DNA of 32,000 nt from an uncultured Ruminococcus sp. (GTDB lineage Bacteria; Bacillota; Clostridia; Oscillospirales; Ruminococcaceae). The notes beneath the pieces are model-generated. The model had not been told where the DNA came from. It made no database searches and was given only the letters and a program-made list of their open reading frames with translations. This document shows, piece by piece, positions 25,484-32,000 of this stretch (positions are counted from its first letter, which is position 1; each line of letters starts with the position of its first letter). The position numbers and the translations under genes are program-made. The stretch is taken from assembly GCA_934474025.1 (NCBI GenBank), contig CAKSMF010000001.1:196744-228743 (forward strand), in the 5' to 3' direction.

Positions 25484-27574
25484 TTGGGAGAACATAAAAT
25501 ATGTTACAAGTGTATGAAAAAATACGATAACAGACTTTCAATATGTCCGTCATGCGGATATGCTGAAAACACTCCGTCTAATCCCATGTATATATCTCCG
25601 GGAACTATACTTCATGACAGATATATTGTCGGCGTATTGCTTGAATACAACGGCGAAGGAGCTTCATATATTGCTCATGATGCATCAACAGAATGTACTG
25701 TTATGATAAGGGAATATATGCCTATAAACCTCTGCACACGTTCTGAAGAAGATTCTACTGTTATAGTGAATCAGGAAGATTTGGCAAAATATAAGGCTTT
25801 TATGGCAGAATTTACTGCACTTAACAAATCACTTGCCCGTTTGCGTAATAATTCAAATATAAATCCTATGCTTGATATGTTTATGGAAAATAATACAACA
25901 TATGCTGTATTTGAACATATTGACGGTGTTAAAATGCTTGATTATCTTAAAGACAATGCCGGTGAATTAAGCTGGGAACAAGTTTCAAAACTGTTCCCGC
26001 CATTGTTTACAACTCTTGGAATACTTCATAATTCAGGAATTATACACCGTGCAATCTGCCCCGATACCGTTTACATAACAAACAAAGGTGAACTTAAATT
26101 GACTGGTTTTTGTGTACCGGCAGTTCGTACAGCTGATGCAGGTCTTGAATATGAACTCTTTAAAGGTTATACCGCTCCGGAACAGTATTCTGCAAGCAGT
26201 AACAGCCGTCAAGGTTCATGGACTGATATATACGGCGTATGTGCTTTAATGTATCGTGCTTTGACCGGCTGTATGCCTGTTGACGCTATGCGAAGACTTA
26301 AAGATGATGAACTTTGTGAGCCATATATGTTAAGTGCAAAAATTCCTCATCATGTGTCTAAAGTCATAATGAAAGGTATGAATTTATCCGGTTGTGACCG
26401 TATACAGACTATTACTGACCTTGTTACAGAACTTTTTGAACAACAGAGTCCTAAAGTTATTCAGAATACCACATCTATAAATACATCAAATTATCAGAAT
26501 CATCAATATAATCCGCCTGAACGTCATACAGACAGTCAGTATATTCCACGACAGGAAAATTATCAGAACAACAATTATAACAACAAAAATCAAGAGGATT
26601 ACCGCTATGAAACGGTTGACCGTCTGAAAGTTCCGGTAATTATAGGAATACTTCTTATTGCAATACTTATGATAATAGCAGTATTTATAATAAATATGAT
26701 TACTGATACTCAGGCTGAACGTCAGAATAATTCCGCAAACCGTTATAATTCGGTTTCTACTTCTGATAATGTTGTTTCCAAAGACGAACTCGAACAGGAA
26801 ACTGAAACAGAAACAATTGATACTCTTATGCCTGACCTTGTCGGAAAATTTTATGAACTTTCAGAAGAAAAATATAAAGACTTCTTCACTCTTGAGGCTG
26901 AATTTGAATACAATAACGACTATGAAGCAGATATGATTTTCTGGCAGGAAGTTGAACCCGGTGAACAGATTGTCGGAGGTCACACAACTATAAAAGTAAA
27001 AGTCAGCAAAGGCAAAGAAACAGCTATAATTCCAGAATTTGAGGGAATTAAAATAAAAGACTATGAAGCAAAACTCAAAGAAGCAGGAATTGTTAATTAT
27101 TCTATACTTGCAACAAAAGCTACAGGGTTTGAACCAGATGTTGTAACAGGTTTGCAGGTCGAGGGTAAAGATGTTAAACCAGGTTCTACATTCAGCAACA
27201 AGGACGGAAAAAAACTTATAGTATACTACTATTCCGAGAATGTAACTATTGATAATGGTGATTTGGTTATTGATAATGGAAGTTCTTCAGAAAATGAACA
27301 GGAAGAAACTACTCAAAAAACAACTCAGAAACAAACTACTTCTCACTATATTGAACCGGTAACAACTCATGTAACTACAGTTGTACCTGCTACTACTCAT
27401 TACGAAACACAACCACCAGTTACAGAACCTCCTGTAACAGACCCGCCAGTTACTGACCCTCCTGTAACAGACCCACCAGTTACATCACCACCAGTAACCG
27501 ACCCACCGGTTACATCACCACCAGTAACAGACGCTCCTATTGATTCAAATGAAGGTGACTCCGGCGTTATCTGA
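25484..27574 (+). CDS. membrane protein: N-terminal zinc ribbon, Hanks-type kinase-like (predicted pseudokinase) domain, TM helix, two PASTA-like repeats, Pro/Thr-rich tail
   Basis: AGGAGG (25471-25476) lies 7 nt before the TTG at 25484; the alternative ATG at 25442 has no RBS. Zinc ribbon CYKC...CPSC. Kinase-fold blocks IIHRAICPDTVYI, KLTGFC and YTAPEQ. TM helix VPVIIGILLIAILMIIAVFIINMI. Extracellular MPDLVGK... and IPEFEGIK... modules ending in ...VSKG resemble PASTA repeats. Confidence 0.85.
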   Translation: MGEHKICYKCMKKYDNRLSICPSCGYAENTPSNPMYISPGTILHDRYIVGVLLEYNGEGASYIAHDASTECTVMIREYMPINLCTRSEEDSTVIVNQEDLAKYKAFMAEFTALNKSLARLRNNSNINPMLDMFMENNTTYAVFEHIDGVKMLDYLKDNAGELSWEQVSKLFPPLFTTLGILHNSGIIHRAICPDTVYITNKGELKLTGFCVPAVRTADAGLEYELFKGYTAPEQYSASSNSRQGSWTDIYGVCALMYRALTGCMPVDAMRRLKDDELCEPYMLSAKIPHHVSKVIMKGMNLSGCDRIQTITDLVTELFEQQSPKVIQNTTSINTSNYQNHQYNPPERHTDSQYIPRQENYQNNNYNNKNQEDYRYETVDRLKVPVIIGILLIAILMIIAVFIINMITDTQAERQNNSANRYNSVSTSDNVVSKDELEQETETETIDTLMPDLVGKFYELSEEKYKDFFTLEAEFEYNNDYEADMIFWQEVEPGEQIVGGHTTIKVKVSKGKETAIIPEFEGIKIKDYEAKLKEAGIVNYSILATKATGFEPDVVTGLQVEGKDVKPGSTFSNKDGKKLIVYYYSENVTIDNGDLVIDNGSSSENEQEETTQKTTQKQTTSHYIEPVTTHVTTVVPATTHYETQPPVTEPPVTDPPVTDPPVTDPPVTSPPVTDPPVTSPPVTDAPIDSNEGDSGVI
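27413..27532 (+). repeat. 8 tandem copies of a 15-nt coding repeat (PPVT[E/D/S])
   Basis: ccaccagttacagaa / cctcctgtaacagac / ccgccagttactgac and so on, in frame within the kinase-like gene. Synonymous variation between copies indicates a selected Pro/Thr-rich spacer. Confidence 0.9.
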
Positions 27575-27582
27575 TAAAAATT

Positions 27583-27615
27583 AAAAGACTTCTGAATTTC
27601 AGAAGTCTTTTTTTG
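27583..27615. terminator. bidirectional intrinsic terminator
   Basis: AAAAGACTTCTGAA-TT-TCAGAAGTCTTTTTTT: a perfect stem of about 12 bp flanked by an A-run and a T-run, between convergent genes. Confidence 0.8.
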
Positions 27616-27870
27616 TTATTCATTGTATTTTGATTCAAGCCATTTTATAAGTTCGTCGAAACCTTCCTGACTTTTTTCAAATTCTTTTTCATTCTCAATA
27701 GTGGCTTTCATTGAACAGAGCTTACCGTGCCATGTAAGGCATTTAAGATTACTTCCATTTATTATTTTATAAGAAAAATCTTTCATACTTCCGGAATAAT
27801 CATTTCCACTTTCAAAGTAATAAAATTTAGGTATTTCAAATATTTTTGATACACTTGTTTTTCCTGGCAT
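27616..27870 (-). CDS. small hypothetical protein (84 aa)
   Basis: The ORF starts 3 nt after the HAD gene stop and has an AAGGA RBS about 8 nt upstream. It ends at the terminator. I recognise no family. Confidence 0.5.
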   Translation of the reverse strand: MPGKTSVSKIFEIPKFYYFESGNDYSGSMKDFSYKIINGSNLKCLTWHGKLCSMKATIENEKEFEKSQEGFDELIKWLESKYNE

Positions 27871-27873
27871 AAT

Positions 27874-28533
27874 TCAAATCCTTTCAAAAAAGTCAACAGA
27901 TTTATCAAGACTTTCATAGACTCCGCTTAACAAAGGTTTTATATTTTCATCTGGCTGAGTAAGGTCGGGAATCATAATTACTTTGCAACCAGCAGTATAT
28001 GCCGATTTAATGCCATTTGGAGAGTCCTCGAAAGCCACACATTCGGTTGACGGAAGCCCGAGTTTTTCGGAAGCCGTAAGGTATATATCCGGAGCAGGTT
28101 TACCGTTTTTGACCATATCGCCACATATAATTGCATCAAAGTATTTATATGCATTGATTTTTTTAAGATAACTTTCAGCACGGTCACGTTCTGTAGCAGT
28201 AGCAACAGCTATGCGGTAATTGTTTGTTTTGAGGTAGTCAAGGATTTCAAATAACCCTTTTTTTACTTCAAATCCGTATTTGTTTATATAATCGTTCATA
28301 AGAACAATACGTCTGTTGCGTATTTCATTGAATGGAAATTCCTCTCCAAAAATTCCTTTTAATAATGGTATCGAGTATTTTCTTGAAAGACTTCTTATTT
28401 CGTAAACATTTTCATCAGTCATATTGTAACCATATTCAAATGCAGATTCTTTCCAAAAACGCACAAGAAGTTTTTCTGTATCAATCATAAGACCGTCCAT
28501 GTCAAATATTGCACCATTAATTTTTCTTTGCAT
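27874..28533 (-). CDS. HAD-IA family hydrolase (beta-phosphoglucomutase / sugar-phosphatase-like)
   Basis: Motif I is AIFDMDGLMIDTE, with later blocks VATATER, GKPAPDIY and FEDSPNG. The ATG at 28533 is preceded by AGGGGGAA. The ORF-track extension to 28581 runs through the glgA terminator hairpin. Confidence 0.85.
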   Translation of the reverse strand: MQRKINGAIFDMDGLMIDTEKLLVRFWKESAFEYGYNMTDENVYEIRSLSRKYSIPLLKGIFGEEFPFNEIRNRRIVLMNDYINKYGFEVKKGLFEILDYLKTNNYRIAVATATERDRAESYLKKINAYKYFDAIICGDMVKNGKPAPDIYLTASEKLGLPSTECVAFEDSPNGIKSAYTAGCKVIMIPDLTQPDENIKPLLSGVYESLDKSVDFFERI

Positions 28534-28548
28534 AATTTTCCCCCTTTT

Positions 28549-28580
28549 AAAAACAGGGCAGACAGAAACCTGTCCGCCCA
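28549..28580 (-). terminator. intrinsic terminator after glgA
   Basis: The minus strand reads GGGCGGACAGG-TTTC-TGTCTGCCC followed by TGTTTTT. This is a GC-rich stem in an AT-rich genome. Confidence 0.65.
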
Positions 28581-28596
28581 TAATTTTTTAAAAAAA

Positions 28597-30060
28597 TTAC
28601 CAGTTAATAATCCAATTGTACATACCTTCGTACTGTTTAGCAGAACTGTTCCAAGAATAATCAGTAGTCATTCCTCTGTAAACCATTTTGTCCCACTGGT
28701 CACGATGATTGAAGTATATGTGTTTTGAATAATTGATTATGCCAAGCATTTCATCTGCATTGTAGTTAGCGAATGAAAAACCTGTACCTGTACCGTCAAA
28801 TTCATTGTAAGGTAAAACAGTATCTTTAAGACCGCCGGTTTCACGAACAATCGGCACAGTACCATATCTGAGCGAAATAAGTTGTGTAAGACCACAAGGT
28901 TCAAAGAGTGACGGCATAAGCATAGCATCAGCAGCAGCATAAAGTTTGTGGGCGAGTTGGTCAGAATAAAGAATATTTGCAGAAACTCTTTCAGGATATT
29001 TCCACTGATAGTGTTTGAACATATTTTCGTATTTCTGGTCGCCTGTACCGATTACTACAAACTGAGTGTTTTCATCGCAGATTTTTTCCATAGCATAACT
29101 TACAAGGTCAAGACCTTTCTGGTCAGTTAAGCGTGAAATTATAGCCATCATGTACTTATTTTCATCAACAGGAAGTCCAAGTTCTTTCTGGAGTTCCATT
29201 TTATTCTGAGCCTTTTTCTTTTTGAAGTTTTTGGAATGATACTCTTTGAAAATATTTTTATCATTGTTAGGGTCAAAAACATTATAGTCAATTCCGTTAA
29301 CAATACCACGCAGAGAAGCAGACCTTGCCCTGAGAAGTCCGTCAAGATGTTCGCCATAGAATGGATACTTAATTTCTTCTGCATAAGTTTCGCTTACAGT
29401 TGTTATGTAGTCTGCATATACAAGACCACCTTTAAGCATATTTGCATTTTTATTAAATTCAAGTTTATCAGAAGTGAACATATAATCCGGAAATGCTGTG
29501 TTATATTTGAAAGTATTAATATCCCATACACCCTGAAATTTAAGATTGTGAATAGTCATGATAGTTTTTGTAGAACTGTAGAATGGGTGTGTTGCAAAAG
29601 TTGAGTGCATAAATACCGGAATAAGTGAAGCCTGCCAGTCGTGACAGTGGATAATGTCAGGACGGAATCCTATTACAGGAAGAATGGCAAGTACAGCTTT
29701 ACAGAAGAAAGTGAATCTTTCTATATCCCATTTTAAATCAGGGGAATATGGAGTATCACATTTGAAGTAATATTCATTATCTACAAAATAGAATTTTATA
29801 CCATTATATTCATACTCCATGATACCAACATGGACATTATTTTCTCTTTTACCGTAGTCCATGTAGAAGTGAGTGACATATTTGAAGTTATCTCTGTATT
29901 TTGCAGGAATGCAAGTATAGTAAGGAAGAATCACTCTTACATCAAATTCGCTTCTGTTGAGGTACTTAGGAAGAGCTCCAACAACATCTGCGAGACCGCC
30001 GGTTTTTATGAACGGGACACATTCAGAGGCAGCGAATAAAATATTGTTCATTGTCATCAA
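28597..30060 (-). CDS. glgA: glycogen synthase (ADP-glucose type)
   Basis: 487 aa. The N-terminal ASECVPFIKTGGLADVVGALP is the GlgA signature, and the GT5 C-terminal block PSLFEPCGLTQL is present. Confidence 0.95.
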   Translation of the reverse strand: MMTMNNILFAASECVPFIKTGGLADVVGALPKYLNRSEFDVRVILPYYTCIPAKYRDNFKYVTHFYMDYGKRENNVHVGIMEYEYNGIKFYFVDNEYYFKCDTPYSPDLKWDIERFTFFCKAVLAILPVIGFRPDIIHCHDWQASLIPVFMHSTFATHPFYSSTKTIMTIHNLKFQGVWDINTFKYNTAFPDYMFTSDKLEFNKNANMLKGGLVYADYITTVSETYAEEIKYPFYGEHLDGLLRARSASLRGIVNGIDYNVFDPNNDKNIFKEYHSKNFKKKKAQNKMELQKELGLPVDENKYMMAIISRLTDQKGLDLVSYAMEKICDENTQFVVIGTGDQKYENMFKHYQWKYPERVSANILYSDQLAHKLYAAADAMLMPSLFEPCGLTQLISLRYGTVPIVRETGGLKDTVLPYNEFDGTGTGFSFANYNADEMLGIINYSKHIYFNHRDQWDKMVYRGMTTDYSWNSSAKQYEGMYNWIINW

Positions 30061-30110
30061 ACTCCTTGCTTTATATATTACTGCTTTTAGTAGCAGTTCA
30101 GGATATTCAT

Positions 30111-30139
30111 ATTATACACCAAAAAACATTAGAAGTCAA
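30111..30139 (-). promoter_or_regulatory. SigA-type promoter for glgA
   Basis: The minus strand reads TTGACT, a 17-nt spacer, then TATAAT (preceded by GTG). It is followed by a small leader hairpin ACTGCT/AGCAGT. Confidence 0.5.
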
Positions 30140-30189
30140 TACCAGAAAATGTCATATTTAACAAAAAGTATAAAAAATTTTATTCATCA

Positions 30190-30221
30190 AAAAAGAGGAC
30201 AGAAAAAATCTATCCTCTTTT
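30190..30221 (-). terminator. intrinsic terminator after purL
   Basis: The minus strand reads AGAGGATAG-ATTTTTT-CTGTCCTCT followed by TTTTTTG. Confidence 0.6.
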
Positions 30222-30228
30222 GTACTGA

Positions 30229-32000
30229 TTATTTAAAGTAGTTTACACCGCTTTCAAAAATTTTCTGGTCTTTGTTGCCAGTAACATTCTTACAGATGTA
30301 ACTGCCTTTACGTTCAGAGTGACCCATTTTACCGAATACACGACCGTCAGGAGAAGTAATACCTTCAATAGCTTCAATGGAGGTATTAGGATTATAGCGG
30401 ATATCCATAGTAGGATTACCTTCAATGTCAACATACTGAGTAGCAATTTGACCATTGTTGGCAAGTCTCTGAATAAGACTCTGAGGTGCTACAAATCTGC
30501 CTTCACCATGTGAAATAGGTACAGTGTGAATATCTCCCACTTCGCAACCGTAAAGCCATGGTGATTTATTAGAAGCTATTCTTGTATTTACCATCATTGA
30601 CTGGTGACGTGCAATTGTATTGAATGTAAGTGTAGGTGATTCTTCAGTCATATCAACAATTTCACCGAATGGAACAAGACCGAGTTTTATTAAAGCCTGG
30701 AAACCATTACAGATACCGAGCATAAGACCGTCACGTTTTTTAAGGAGTTCGTGAACAGCGTCTTTGATTTTAGGATTGCGGAAGAATGCTGTAATAAATT
30801 TACCACTGCCTTCTGGTTCGTCACCGCCACTGAATCCGCCAGGAATCATTATAATCTGTGATTCCTTGATAGCCTTTTCAAAGTAATTTATACTGTCTTC
30901 GAGGTCTATCGCAGAGAGATTCTTTATAACAACTGTTTCAGCCTTAGCACCTGCTTTTTCAAATGCTCTTGCTGTATCGTATTCGCAGTTTGTACCAGGG
31001 AATACAGGTATAAGAACTTTAGGCTGTGCAACTTTTATAGATGCAGATTTCTTTTCAGTATTTTCATATGAATAAGTTTGCGGAGTAGTATCAGTAGTTT
31101 TTATTCTGCATGGGAATACAGGTTCAAGTTTGCTTTCCCATGCTCTCTGGAGGCTGTCAAGATTTACAGTATACTTTTCAGTGAAAATCTTATAATCAGA
31201 AATTGTCTTACCGATTACAAATTCGCCGTCCTGAGCGTTGCCGAGAACTTCAACAATAAATGCACCATAGCAATGCTTATAGAGTTCAGTTGCAGTGAGA
31301 TGTGCAGAAAATTCAAAACCAAGTCTGTTACCAAAGCACATTTTAGCAATACCCTCTGCAACACCGCCATAACCAAGTGTCCATACAGCATTTGCACGAC
31401 CCTCTGCAATGAGTTTTTCAACCTTGTCAAAACAGTTTTTAAGGCTTGCAAATACAGGAAGTCCATTTCTGTCGTATTCAGGAGTAATCATTATAACATC
31501 GTTTCCGGCTTCTTTAAATTCAGTGGAAACAATTTTATTAGCCTGTGCTGTTGATACTGCAAATGATACGAGTGTAGGTGGTACGTCTATATCTTCAAAA
31601 GTACCAGACATTGAGTCTTTACCGCCTATTGAACCGCAACCCATTTCAAGCTGTGCCTTAAATGCACCCAATAATGCGGAAAGAGGTTTGCCCCAACGCT
31701 TAGGGTCATTCTGAGTGCGTTCAAAATATTCTTGGAATGTGAGCCAACATTTTTTATAAGAACCACCGGCAGCTACTATTTTAGAGATAGATTCAACTAC
31801 TGCGAGCATAGCTCCATGATATGGACTCTTTGAAGAAATATCCGGATTATATCCCCAGCCCATAAGTGAACAAGTGTTAGTTTCGCCTTTGAGTACCGGA
31901 ATCTTAGCAGCCATAGCTTGAGATGGTGTCATCTGATATACTCCGCCGAATGGCATTAAAACAGTTCCAGCACCGATTGTTGAGTCAAATTTTTCAATAA
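30229..32000 (-). CDS. purL: phosphoribosylformylglycinamidine synthase, single-chain type, C-terminal part (5' end outside window)
   Basis: The frame is open to the window edge. It has AIR-synthase-related repeats and a C-terminal glutamine amidotransferase domain (LGICNGFQALIKLGLVP, ISHGEGRF). Confidence 0.92.
   Translation of the reverse strand, partial: IEKFDSTIGAGTVLMPFGGVYQMTPSQAMAAKIPVLKGETNTCSLMGWGYNPDISSKSPYHGAMLAVVESISKIVAAGGSYKKCWLTFQEYFERTQNDPKRWGKPLSALLGAFKAQLEMGCGSIGGKDSMSGTFEDIDVPPTLVSFAVSTAQANKIVSTEFKEAGNDVIMITPEYDRNGLPVFASLKNCFDKVEKLIAEGRANAVWTLGYGGVAEGIAKMCFGNRLGFEFSAHLTATELYKHCYGAFIVEVLGNAQDGEFVIGKTISDYKIFTEKYTVNLDSLQRAWESKLEPVFPCRIKTTDTTPQTYSYENTEKKSASIKVAQPKVLIPVFPGTNCEYDTARAFEKAGAKAETVVIKNLSAIDLEDSINYFEKAIKESQIIMIPGGFSGGDEPEGSGKFITAFFRNPKIKDAVHELLKKRDGLMLGICNGFQALIKLGLVPFGEIVDMTEESPTLTFNTIARHQSMMVNTRIASNKSPWLYGCEVGDIHTVPISHGEGRFVAPQSLIQRLANNGQIATQYVDIEGNPTMDIRYNPNTSIEAIEGITSPDGRVFGKMGHSERKGSYICKNVTGNKDQKIFESGVNYFK

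Noticed and set aside
27413-27532. Regular 15-nt tandem repeats that could superficially resemble a repeat array.
   Set aside because: The period is far too short for CRISPR, there are no spacers, and the repeats are in frame, encoding PPVT[DES] within the kinase-like gene.
28534-28581. N-terminal extension of the HAD hydrolase ORF.
   Set aside because: It runs through the GC-rich glgA terminator hairpin. The ATG at 28533 has a strong AGGGGGAA RBS and gives a normal distance to the DxDG motif.
1-32000. Window-wide search for defence systems, toxin-antitoxin pairs, mobile elements, integrases, tRNA/rRNA genes or CRISPR arrays.
   Set aside because: No ORF shows nuclease, helicase, ATPase, recombinase, transposase or phage signatures. 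Intergenic regions are short and are explained by promoters, terminators and one riboswitch. Gene content is housekeeping throughout.

Overview
AT-rich, tightly packed bacterial chromosome segment that looks like Firmicutes/Clostridia. A secreted esterase carrying a dockerin module hints at a Ruminococcus-like cellulosome or amylosome producer, but that taxonomic call is only an inference. Nearly everything is core metabolism. In order, the window holds: the end of a trp operon (trpF', trpB, trpA); a GNAT acetyltransferase plus a small membrane protein; an SGNH/GDSL esterase with a dockerin; adhE preceded by a near-consensus clostridial Rex box and followed by an APH/choline-kinase-like gene; a VanY/M15B lipoprotein; a UPF0371/DUF1846 protein; a complete anaerobic-type thiamine operon (thiS-thiF-thiG-thiH-tenI-thiE-thiD-thiC, minus strand) behind a clear TPP riboswitch with an intrinsic-terminator expression platform; gltX plus a MetRS-like gene; a tightly coupled operon of two M42 peptidases, a GNAT-like protein and a YnbB-type PLP enzyme; a membrane protein with zinc ribbon, kinase-like domain and PASTA-like repeats; a small orphan ORF; a HAD phosphatase; glgA; and the 3' part of a single-chain purL. 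I found no tRNA or rRNA genes, CRISPR arrays, transposases, integrases, phage genes or recognisable defence or toxin modules, so I cannot support a claim of a new multi-gene system here. The four most unusual items are: (1) the kinase-like protein has lost every catalytic residue of the Hanks kinase fold and is a predicted pseudokinase; (2) trpA carries an in-frame 69-nt insertion bounded by 35-nt imperfect direct repeats; (3) the MetRS-like synthetase has KASSS in place of KMSKS plus a large insertion; (4) the TPP riboswitch starts almost immediately after the MetRS-like stop codon with no convincing promoter of its own. Promoter and terminator calls come from manual motif reading only.
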